From: Amoebophrya sp. A120
Taxonomy: Eukaryota; Protista; Dinoflagellata
Assembly: GCA_905178155.1 (NCBI GenBank)
Contig: CAJINV010000013.1
Span: 1,388,392-1,452,391, forward strand
Direction: 5' to 3'
DNA: 64,000 nucleotides
The translations under genes were made by a program, and so were the position numbers. Positions 47,970 through 58,830 of the stretch are shown in pieces; position 1 is the first letter of the stretch; each line of letters opens with the position of its first letter. The notes beneath the pieces were generated by a model that saw only the letters and a program-made list of their open reading frames with translations, was not told the origin of the DNA and searched no databases.

Positions 47970-49772
47970 CTACGTCTTTTTCTTGTTCTCCTCCCCCTTC
48001 TGTGCACCTCCAGCCGGAACCGGGGCAAAGATCGACCGGGGCGCGTCCTTCCCCTTTTGCTTCAGCAGCATCAGGCGTTCCGCTTTTTGCTTCGCCGTGC
48101 CGCCGACCTTCAGCCCGAGCTTCGCACTGGTGTGCTTCAGCTGGTCGTCGGTGCATTTGTTTTGCAACTCCGCTTCGGAAGAAAATTTCGCCAAATCCAC
48201 AACCAGCTCCTCGTTGAAAGCAAAGGGTGCTTTATTGCTGTTGTCCCGGTTTTTTATCTTGGCTGCGTTCATTCGAGCCGCCCAGCCATCGTCCGCCGCC
48301 GGGGGCCCGCTTGTGCTTCCGTCGTCAAATTGAATCAGTGGCGCCCCGGGCAGCTGCGCTCCTCCGGAGGGGGGGATTACCAGAGTCGCTGTGGAATCAC
48401 CGGAAACCAGAAGATCTTTCGTTTTGTCGCCCTTGTTCTTATTCCCTGTGGTGTTTGCGATATCGACCTGAGCGCTAGTGTTTGGTTTCTGCCGTTTTGC
48501 TCCCCCTTTTTTTTTGTCGCGAATGTTCAGAGCCTCGTCGCTGTCAGAACTCACGGAGGCATCGGACGACGCGCTGTTCGTTTTTTACAGTGTAATTATA
48601 TTTTGATTCCATTCTGGTTTCCAGCGACGTAGAAGGCATGATTTTGCTGAAGGACCAGCTTTCAGCACAACTTTGCTGGTGGTCTCTGGTATGTATCGTT
48701 TAAACAAAAAACATTCGTGAAATTACAGAACAGGGGCAAAAGAAAATCAGGCAAAGCACAAACAGGGTCATTCTTTATACTCTCCCATGAACTCCGCAAA
48801 CAATTCCTCGACGTCTTCTCCGCGTTTTCGAGCCAGCAACGCGAGCCCCTTCGCCCGCCTCGCGTCATCCACTTCGCCGCCGCCTCCCGCCTCTTCCTCC
48901 CTCGGCCTCTTGTTCGAAGAGGACGAGCTCGACAGAAACGGCTGCGGGCCCTGCTTTTTCGCCTCTTGCAGCATGTCGAGCTTGGACTTCCCGGACTGCT
49001 GCAGCTTCTCCAGGAACTCGTCCCCCAGCGCGATCTCCTTTTTTTTCGCGATCGTGGGTTCCGGCAGCTCCCCGTCCATCAGCATCGCCACCAGTTCGTC
49101 CTCGTCCTTCTTCTTTTGCATCCACTGTTGAAACCGCTCCACGGTTTTCGCGTGCCGCAGCCTGCGCCCGCTCAAATCCCGCATGGCGTCCGTGTTCGTG
49201 GTTTTCTTCCCGCCACCCGTCAGCTTCTTCAGCAAGGCCCCGAAACCGCCCTTACCACCCCGGAGGCGCCACAACACCTCCACGTCCAGATTGCGCAGGG
49301 CGGACAGCTTGGCCGACATTGTGGGGTCATTTGATGCCGACGCGGAGGATGAATGACAAGGATCTGCAGATGCTGACGTGCTTCTTGTGGTCCTCCCACT
49401 TCTGGTTCTTCGTACTGAGGATTTGGTCCTCGTTCTTTGCTGGTCGAAATTTTCCTCTTCGTCACACAACGGGAGCGAATATGCGGGGCGGGTAGACCCA
49501 GACGAAGACGAGGCAGCAACATTATCGCCGTGTTCGAAGGAAGAAATAAGGTCTTGAACGGGCTCTTGCTCGTCTCTACTGTCAAGAAACAATCCTTCAT
49601 CCCGGTACTGGTGCGGCCGCTTGCGGTCACACACCAGAATTGCGTCATCGCGCAGCTTGGCCAGGGAAATTCCGAATGCGCTTGCGATGGAGGCGCCTGT
49701 GATAATGAAATTAATATATTGATGAATTCTTGAAGGATACAACTCACATGGTATTTTGAAGTTAGTGCGCAT
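47970..49772 (-). CDS. SDE2: SDE2 homolog (ubiquitin-fold-activated splicing / replication-stress regulator)
   Basis: Signature WRLRGGKGGFGALLK...TTNTDAMRDLSGRRLRH and C-terminal LKHTSAKLGLKVGGTAKQKAERL. GT-AG intron 48574-48780 joins ORFs 48768-49772 and 47970-48554 in frame. True start uncertain. Confidence 0.88.
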
Positions 49773-50676
49773 TTTTGCTCCATCAATGCTAGAAGACGGA
49801 TCATATCGGCTTCATCTCCTGCTGCGTATTAAGCTGTCATTGATGTTGTGTCACCGTTAAGAGCCTGCAAGTGAATCAGAAGCATGGCAACAGTCAGTGA
49901 TAGTTATCGCAAAACTGTACTTAGGCTTTCCTCCGTCCCGTCGAACGCGAGTCGGCGCGTCGGGAAGCCCTGCAGCCGGACGTAGGCGTGGCACGACATT
50001 TTTAGCCTTCCTGAGTGCTAATCTTAACGCTACTAATGGGCGGGAACATTGAAAGAAATGGTAATGGATACCATGTTGGTCTATATCTATTTCGTCATAT
50101 GCATCTTGATCTTGTCGCTTTATTTTGGTATCGCTGCATTCATCATATTTATCAATGCGCGTGAAGCCTTAAGGTTCAACGGTAGTTGGGCGGTTGTCCT
50201 TTGTCATGATACATCTGCTCAGCCGTAGCTTTGACACAAAGGAAAAACCATTGGATCGCTTTGAAGCACGCCACGTCATCTTTATTCGATAGATCTCCGA
50301 GTTCTTGCTCCTACCAAGAAATAGATCCAAAATATCGCTGTGCAGATCCCATATCCTTGGAATTGGTGCTGCTCTCGGAGCCAAAAATACTATGAGATCG
50401 TCGACTACACAAATATCGCAATCCAATCTGTTTTTACAGAGCGTAAGGAAAGTGAGTATTTGGATCCGCTAAGCTAAAAATCACAGCGGTGAACACCAAC
50501 AGTGACGCTCACGCACGTCGGTGGTTTTTGAGCTGAAAGTGTCTCATCTTCGCGGCGGGAGCATAGGTAGTAATAAGTAGTAACGCACTAACCAGTTGGT
50601 ACACAAAATATTTCATTTTCAAGTTCGAAGAGGGTCTTTCTCGGTAGCATTTCTTTCCAGCTTCAAATTGTTCATC

Positions 50677-50718
50677 TATGGCGCGCGCAAAGTAACATTT
50701 TACTTTGCGCGCGCCATA
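50677..50718. mobile_element. 42-bp perfect hairpin mini-element with TAT...ATA ends and 5-bp TSD
   Basis: Arms TATGGCGCGCGCAAAGTAA / TTACTTTGCGCGCGCCATA (19 bp perfect, 4-nt loop). TCATC on both sides, at 50672-50676 and 50719-50723. Confidence 0.8.
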
Positions 50719-51257
50719 TCATCTGGGACTGGGAATTCTTTCTATATACACGTCGACTTGCTAAAATTTTGATTTTCATTTTGGGAAGATAAAGGAAACT
50801 TCGCCGTATCTGTTCGAGTTCAAGTATTAGCTGAATTTGAAGTTCAGGATTCGTTCTCCAAAAGTAAGAAAATGAAAATCAATTCCATTCGAATAGCTTT
50901 CTGAGTCGAATATCTATTCGCATTTGTTCCTTCAATGTCAATCAATTAGAGTAAACGGGTAGCGGTATGCTGCAAAATAAGTTCTTTCGAAACTGCGCAA
51001 GCAGATCGTACATTAATGCGAGTAGAATGAAAAGAGGAGTTCTTCTAAATTAGAGTTCGGATTTCTTGACTTCATGCCAACATGATAGATACCACTCTGG
51101 CAATGGAAAAAAGCGTTATGAAGTCCTGCTGCACACTTTTTTTCTGCACATAATCCATGAAAATTGTGGAAAGGAAAAGCCGGACTCATCGAAACAATTG
51201 GTCGCGGCCTTTTTTCATATGTGCACAGAAACATACAGTTCTATTTTAGACCTCTGG

Positions 51258-51307
51258 TACCAAAATCACGTCCGCGGACCGGGTTTTACCAAAATCACGT
51301 CCGCGGA
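51258..51307. repeat. 21-bp direct repeat with 29-bp period
   Basis: TACCAAAATCACGTCCGCGGA at 51258-51278 and 51287-51307, just downstream of the ABCB stop codon. Confidence 0.8.
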
Positions 51308-51442
51308 TCGAAAAGCGATAGACGTTCATTCAAATTAGTAGTTCCGTGACTGCTTTGGAAACGTAAAAAGTGGGGGCTCATTTTCAACTATCATTTCTCC
51401 GTGCGATCCTGATCTTGTAAAAATTTCGTATAGAAGAATTAC

Positions 51443-54400
51443 TTATTCCGCAATCGGTTGCAGCGGCACGGAATCATCCACGTCGACACTTTCCCGTTCC
51501 TCCCGGGAGGTTTCAATCTGCCGTTTCACCAGGTCCTTGTACTTTTCACAGCGCTCCATCAGCTCGTCGTGCGTTCCCTGCGCCACCAAGCGGTTCCGGT
51601 CCAGGAAGAAAATCTGGTCCGCCCGGCGGACCGTGGAGAGCCGGTGCGCCACGATCAGTGTGGTGGTTTTGTTCTTCGTCGGACTTATTCCACCATTTTT
51701 GCCGTCGTCCGGCGTGTGCTGCACCAGTTGGTCGATGGCCTTCTGCACCAGGGCTTCTGACTCCGCGTCCAACGCGGAAGTTGCTTCGTCCAGCAGCAAG
51801 ATGTTTGGATTTGACATCAGCGCCCGGGCAATCGCGATCCGCTGCTTCTGCCCGCCGGACAGCCGGACGCCGCGTTCGCCGACCAGGGTGTCGTAGCCTT
51901 CCGGAAACTGCATGATGAAGTCGTGCGCGAACGCCAGTTTCGCGCACCGCATCACTTCCTGTTTCAATTTCTCTTCCGAGAGTTGCTTTTCTTCTTCCGA
52001 AACTTCTTCCCGCTTCAGCGTTTTCCCGTTTTCCTTGTTGTACAGGACGAATTTGTTGTGGAGCTCCTGCGCCCGGGACCCGTACGCGATGTTTTCCAGA
52101 ATCGACACCCCAAACAACACCGGCTCCTGCTGGACCCAGGCGAAGTTTTTGCGCAGGCTGGCGTGGTCGTAGTCCTGCACGTTCTTGCCCTCGAGGAGAA
52201 TCTGCCCGCCGGAACAGTCGTAGAACCGCTGGATCAGGTTGATGATCGTGGACTTCCCGCCCCCGGAGTGGCCGACGAAGGCGACCGTCTGGTAGCGCGG
52301 AATTTGGAAGGTCACCCGCTTCAACACGCGGATATCCGGTCGCGCCGGGTAGCAGAAGGACACATTTTGGAACTCCACGATCATGTTTGATGGCGGCTTG
52401 CTGCTCTGTGTCGTTGAAGGTTCAAGATCAGCAGTACTATTTTGCATCATGCGCGCGCCATTATCCACCACGACCTCAATCTCCCCAGACACAGTGGTGC
52501 TGCTGTTGCCGTTTTCCAACTCTAAATCGTGGTTCGGCGGGGCAACAACCGGGACGATCATTTTGTGATCCACATTTGCGGATGCAGGTGTTGTAGTTGT
52601 GTTGGTCATCAAAGCTGGATCTGTGGATGAATATTGTTGCGATTTGTCGTTGTTCGCGAAGACTATATGATTGTGATCTTCCATAACCGGTGCGTAGTAA
52701 AAGGCCTTGTCCTCCACGGTGACCAGAATTTTCGGCTTCCGGTCGATCAACTGGAAGGTCCTCTTTGCCGCACCCAGAGCCTGGTACAGAATCGCGATCA
52801 AGTGGACCAACAGAGAGATCGACCCGCCGACTTGGACCGCGTACACCAAAAACGCGATCAATTCGCCCGGTGTCATCCGCCCGTCCAGAACCAAATGTGC
52901 GCCGTACCAGATGACCAAATTGGTCACTCCGTAGCCGAGGACGGAGACAACCGCGATGAACCCGGCGTTCAGCATCTGCTTCAGAATCGCGAACCGGTAG
53001 ACCGTTTTTGACTTTCGGGGCGGGAACCAGCAGCAGCCCGTCTCGTTGTTGGGCAGGCAACAACCGCAGTAGTTGTCGGGGTCGAGGGTGGTCGGTAAGA
53101 CCCCCTGGGTCGCGTTCGGGTCGTCCTCCTCCAAAGGTGCCTCGCCCGCCCGGACAAGCGGCCCAACCAGTTGATTTTGGTCGCGGTTTGACGAGCTCCG
53201 CAGACTCTCTTTGGACGCAGAATTGGTACGCGCGCCAGGAGATGATCCCCCTGCCACTGCAGTAGCGGTCAAAATGCTGGACTCCTTGCTGACCACGTTC
53301 TGCATTTCGATCGTCGTGTGTCCGTTCCTCTGCGGATCCTTGTCCAAAAGCCGCTGTTTCTCGCTTTGCGAATCGTTTTTATCCGAGTCGTCGAATTTTT
53401 GGCACTCGCCCATCGCGTCGGGGTCGCCCAGGGTCCGGCGAAACCGCAGCACCTCCAGCTTCTCGGCCGCGAAACTGCGCATGGTGCGCACGTTCGAAAT
53501 CGCTTCCTGCGCGGTGTTGCTGGACTCGCCCAGCGCGTCGGTCGCCAGGGTCGACACTTTTTGCACGCGCCAGCCGTACCAAGTTAACGCCAAACCGACG
53601 AAGGGAACCACGCAGAAGGCGAGCACGGACAGGCGCCACGAAACCAGCACCATCATCACCGCGGATAAAGCGAGCTCGATGATCCCCCGGAGAAACATGG
53701 ACAAGTTACTCGTCGAAACGTCCTGCAGCGAGGTGCAGTCGCTGGTCAACCGCGACATCAATTCGCCCGTTTTTCTCTCGTCAAACATGGCCACCTCTTG
53801 GCACACGATCGCGGAGAACAGTTTGAAGCGCAGCCTGGCCACTACCCGCTCCCCCGCCGCATTGAAAATGAAGGACCGGACCATGGTTGCGACCGCACCG
53901 ATGGTCAGGAGAATCATTAACTGCGCCGCCAGCGTGTTCACGTCTTCCCGTTTCGTTTGGTCCGGCTTCGTGGTAGACTGACCGGTGGCGGAGTCGTCTC
54001 TTGTGATCATGATTTCGTTATCAAATGTAAAAGTGTCTGGGTCTGGAAGATTCTGAGATTTGCCATGCATGTTTTGCATGACCCAGTATGTCTGGAATGC
54101 ACGACCGCGCATCACAGATTTTGAGCGGGCTTCCTGATGCCTACTCCGCATGACAAACGCTCTCCCCGCGTAGCACAAACTAGACTCCTCTTCCTTGCTG
54201 GTCATGCAATACAGATTTTTCTAGAGTCCAAAGAAAGTTAGCATCACAAGTTCCAATCTGCCAGACCCAGAAATTTTTACATTTGATACTCGTCCATCAA
54301 CTTTCCAAACATCAGGGGAAGGAGCAGCGGTGGGAGCAGGGAGATGATCAGAAACACCATCCCGATGGACAACCACACCCACTCGGGCTTCGCCAAGTCG

Positions 54401-54591
54401 ACGATGCGCCACAGACTGGGGGCCTTGTCCTGCTCATTTTGCTGGGCAGGTGAAACGGAAGGCTTGGAGGGTGTCATCTCTGCGACGGCCAAAGTACCAG
54501 CAGGCTCCTTCACGGACAGGCTTTTTTCTTGCGCAGTAACGATCTTATCGGGAGCGCCAGGAGATGGCTCGTCTGACATTGTGGCTGTCAT
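51443..54591 (-). CDS. ABCB-family half transporter (ABCB10/TAP-like)
   Basis: TM domain (AGERVVARLR, TGELMSRLTSD), Walker A GHSGGGKST, signature LSGGQKQRIAIARA, Walker B LLLDEATSALD and H-loop IVAHRLSTV. Exon 1 (54591-54289, LWRIVDLAKPEW...FGKLMDE) joins IMITRDD after removal of element 54019-54288. Confidence 0.93.
54019..54288. mobile_element. Introner-like TIR element, family A copy 4 (270 bp) in the ABCB gene
   Basis: TATCAAATGTAAAAGTGTCTGGGTCTGGAA ... CTGCCAGACCCAGAAATTTTTACATTTGATA. TSD TTCGT (54014-54018) / CTCGT (54289-54293); the mismatch is synonymous (GAA/GAG). Confidence 0.93.
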
Positions 54592-56074
54592 CTTGATGCA
54601 AGAGGTTACCTTAAGTATGTTTCTAGGAAAAATCGTACAAAGAAAATAGAAAAGCAAAATGTGTCTGAAAATCAATCGAAATCTGACTTCCTCTCCTAGG
54701 AGGCTACTGTTCTGTTGTGGTGCGGGTGCTCGATCGGAAAGAAAATTTCCACGGAAGATGCAGCTTGAAAATAAAGGCGTTTGATCTGAAAATCAAAATG
54801 TGGGGCGAACTTGAAGTGAAATAACTGGAGACACTGTGGGTTTGTTTTTGAAATTTCGAATCACGACTGGACCAAGGTTGCCAATTTGCGTTTGCCGACT
54901 TTTTTACGAATCACTTTTACTTTTCTGAATCACTTTTACGACTTCGATTCGACAAGGGACGGCTTTTGTGGACGATTGCGACTTGCAAATGCACGAGCGA
55001 AAGCAAACTTTGTACTAACTTGTGTGTGCAACAGCTTTGAATTTGCGAAAAAATCCTCGAAGGCGCTCGAAAATCTCCTGGCAATTCTGTCTCTCTTGCT
55101 TTTCGACTGAATAATATATGGCTGTAGTAGTACAGTATCCTGTGTTGGATTTCGATTTGGAAAAAACGGAACAGAAAAACATCAGAACTGTGATGTGCCG
55201 AACTACAAAAGTTTTTTCCGCAAAAACAAAAGGTTGTACATCTGGATGCGATGGAGAAAAGAAAAAGATCGCAAGCTGTGTGTAAAAAAACAGGTGACCG
55301 AAATCCTTCAAATCTCGTGCGTTTCTGCGCAATTATGTCTATCTCTCAACACAGATAGGGAAAAGTCAACGTAGTAATGAACACAACAGGCCTTCCTCTT
55401 CTCGCAGTCGCTGGTATCTCGTCGCAAAGCCTTGATCCATGATACTCGGGGATCTACGACTTCTTCCGTGTCAATACAAGATAGAATATGTTGGATGAAG
55501 ATTCAGATTCTGCAAACTCAAAGCCGCTGACAATTTGAACTACTGCAAGCAAGAGCAGGCGACCAACATTCTGTCGTGAACGTGATCGATGCGGTGCGGG
55601 CAACCAAAATGTCGATGACATGAGAGCGATATGCACCTACATGCCTTTGTTCAAATCGTCTGCAATGCGTATGCTGCAAATGCAAAAATTCAACATCATC
55701 TCCGTGCACTATTCGTCTCTTTTGTTCCCTCCTCTGCCTTCACGGCGCGTGGTCGGCACGTGGTGCTTTTTAGGAGATTGATGCTGCGAGCGTGGTGCGC
55801 TTCCAGTTTCAATTCTAATACAGTGCGGAAATTACAAAGAATGTTGCCTAGGGTATGCAAAAGAGACTGCAAGCAGAGTCGATAGAATCGTCCAGCACCA
55901 GCTATCGGGCTATCCCGCTGCTATCTTCTTTATTTTGCTTCGTACTTTTTACAAAATTGCATGGGCGATTATGCACATGACTTGGTGGTCGTACATACCT
56001 GAGAAACTTATCGTCAAATTCTGCACCATTTGGATAAAATGGGTAAAAATTTGCAAGGCCAAAATGCAAGCAGG

Positions 56075-56283
56075 TATCCAAGAAAAAAACTGTGTTAGTG
56101 TAAGTCTTTTGGGAAAACAGCATCACAAGTTCGTCTGCCTTGACAGGAAAAACTTGTCATGCACAGATAGTAAGGGAAAACACATAGGAATGGAGCCGAT
56201 CATGCATGTCGAGCATGACAAGTATAACTGTTTTGCATTTTCTGCATCACAGATTTACACTTACACAGTTTTTTTCTTGGATA
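56075..56283. mobile_element. 209-bp TIR element (family D) with TAT...ATA ends and 5-bp TSD
   Basis: TATCCAAGAAAAAAACTGTGTTAGTGTAAGTCT / AGATTTACACTTACACAGTTTTTTTCTTGGATA. TSD GCAGG at 56070-56074 and 56284-56288. Carries the same GCATSACA / TGTCATGC internal motifs as family A. Confidence 0.9.
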
Positions 56284-56587
56284 GCAGGTGTGCAGGGTTT
56301 ACTGCGACAACTGCTTCTGTGTTAAATCGATTCATCTGTCAAAGCTTAATTGATTTTACTTCTGCGTATTCATTCTTCGAAGCGAACGAAACAAGAAATA
56401 GCGAGCACTAGCTTGCTGTTTTTTTTTTCCACTTTAGTTGAGATGTTAAACATCATTCACATTCGGTATAAGGTAAGTTTTCTCAAAACAGGAGGGTCGT
56501 CGTGCTCCTGCTTCTTCAAAGGCTCTTCCCAACAACTAGACATCGTCCTCAATCTAGTGCCGTCGCTCGACTGTGCAAGACGTGGTT

Positions 56588-57467
56588 CTACAGCTTCGGA
56601 TTGTACGAACCTCGGTACCATCCGGAATCAAACCCACGGCTCTTCTCCTCGTACTTCATAGCCGGATCTTGAAACGCGGAAGGACCCCGGTCCATCCAGT
56701 CTGAGGTAGGATTTTTTTTGGCGACAATTGGCTTCGATTCCCCTTGGTAGTAATAGGGCGCTGGACCTCATTCTAAATTTTTTTGCGATCGTAATCAGGG
56801 AATTATCGAAACAGAAAACGACAAATCGTAGATTTTGTATACGTACTTACCTTCCGCGAAGCCACGCTCCACGTTTGTCGTCTCCATCTTTTTCAGTGCG
56901 GTCCCCGCTTTCGTTCCCTGCTGCATGGTATGCACTGCAAACATGTCTGGGTCTCGAGAGAGAATAAAGTTGAAGTTATGCTTATGACGCAAACGCAATT
57001 CAGCTAATAATGAGCGGACTGTAACTACTGCACCGCCAAGCATGCCAGGTTTTGGCATGATCTTCGCTCTGCGTATCGTATTGACGAGACGAAGCTTCGT
57101 TTGCGGATGACAGACAAGAGGAATGCTACGTGGCAATGCAATACAGAACTCAGAGTCATCGTCATCGTCATTCCAGACGAGCATGACAAATCCCGCGATC
57201 TTCCAGAATCACACATATTTGCGATGCATACATCATCGGATCAGCGGCGGAAGAACGGTACCACCCGGACTGGAAGCCACGCTCCTCTGGCGTGGTCATG
57301 TTACGGTTCAATTTTGCGGACGTCAACCCGTCCGCGCCTTGCCCTAATTTTTTCTTCGATGTCGCCGTTCCCAGTGCCTGCGGATACCCATCGCCGGCAC
57401 CTGCCTTTTTCGACTTGGTCATCGAAGCGTCCGGCTTTCGCTCCTCTGCACAACAAACGGCGCCCAT
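56588..57467 (-). CDS. Small (140 aa) predicted N-acylated protein with three RGFxxxW repeats
   Basis: Exons 57467-57231, 56923-56851 and 56700-56588. The first intron is element 56929-57230 plus one TSD; the second is GTAAGT...CTCAG (56701-56850). N-terminus MGAVCC. Repeats ERGFQSGWYRSS, ERGFAEDWMDRG and SRGFDSGWYRGS fall in three different exons in one frame. Confidence 0.8.
56929..57230. mobile_element. Degenerate introner-like TIR element, family A copy 6 (302 bp)
   Basis: TATGCACTGCAAACATGTCTGGGTCTCGA ... TTCCAGAATCACACATATTTGCGATGCATA. Decayed TSD CATGG / CATCA. Removal gives in-frame ADPMM-QQGTKAG on the - strand. Confidence 0.8.
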
Positions 57468-58830
57468 CTTTCGTTTTTTCGTGAACAGGTAAAAGGGTTT
57501 TTCCGCGGATTCGCTGGTGAAGGGGAAAAAAATGGTAGGCTTAAAGCGGCTTATTTTTCTCTTATGTAGTTGGCGCAGATATAAATACAGGGATAAACGA
57601 TCAACTTAATTACGGCACTAGGAAGACTTCTGTGTGGGACAAGTCAGTGTCTTTTAGTGGGAAAATTTGAATACTTACTGTTGTAGAAACCGACGCTCTG
57701 ATAGAATTCTGCCACCTCCTACTCCTCCTATTCAGAAGGTCAACATCCTTGGAGGTCCTTCATAACACCTGTGGTTTTTTCAGTTTTGTGAGAAACTAGA
57801 ATGAAATCAATTGCTCTGGTGACTCGCACGTAGGATGAAGAAATTGCTCTGCACATATCAGTGATCATCCGTGGTCATGCGATCACTCAGCGATCACTGG
57901 ATGTTTCGGCGGCAGTCCGCTACTACTGTCTGCTCGTCACCGAACCTGTACTTGTTGGCTTCTCACGCCAGGTGTGATGTTTTATAAGTTTTACATATAC
58001 ATACTCGATGGAGGTTATTTTCCTGTTTTTCACGAACCGAGGGTTTGATGAAGATGAAAGCCTCAACATAGACCGAGTGAAGCCACTTCCATTTCGTTAA
58101 CAGGACACTTTGATCTGCGTGGTTCCAGTGGGTCTTGTATATATAGTTGAAACACTTGTTAAATTTCTTCTTCTTGGAGGCTTCGCTCGATAGACCACAA
58201 TGCCCACGACTGCATGGTCGCTTTTCCTGGCGCTACCCTTTGGCAGCGCCAGCAACGGCGAGGGCCCGCTGTTTATTTTCAAAGTCGTACTACGCTGACC
58301 GTAGTTGCTTTAATATTTCCCTATCGAGAATCAATGGGGGCGAAGACGTACTGGGGGATTAGTGTGCTGTTCCGAAAAAAGCGTGTCATGGTGGGTCGGT
58401 TACTGCTCATGCTGAAATGATGCTGCAATGAATGTGATAATAATATTTTCATGCGGGTGGTACTATAAATATGGAAGCTTCTACTCTAGGGTCCTGAGTA
58501 CGAGGAAAAATCGTGTGACGACTTTTTTCGAGATCCATCAGTTGGAAAAACCTGACGAAATAACGCAATTGAAATGACATACCACTGGAAACCAACGCGA
58601 CGGCGCTATTCATTTGGATGCTCTGCCAATAAAACAAGAACGTCCCTATAATTGCAAACGAAATTATGTCCAGCTGTCATGTAAAAAAGCAGGCTAGTGT
58701 AATGCTCTGTGGAAAAAACGTTCAATGACACAATGATCACATGACAATGTACAGTTTGGTAAAACTACCCCCGTCGATATTATCCCAAAAGCTTCGTTCT
58801 TACATTCAAGTACTGTTACATGCCATCCAT

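Noticed and set aside
54019-54205. N-terminus MTSKEEESSLCYAGRAF... of the 920-aa ABC ORF, and the similar peptides CKNVWVWK / LGHAxQxSWVMxNxHD in ORFs at 3489 and 38605
   Set aside because: These are translations of family A element DNA, not a shared protein domain.
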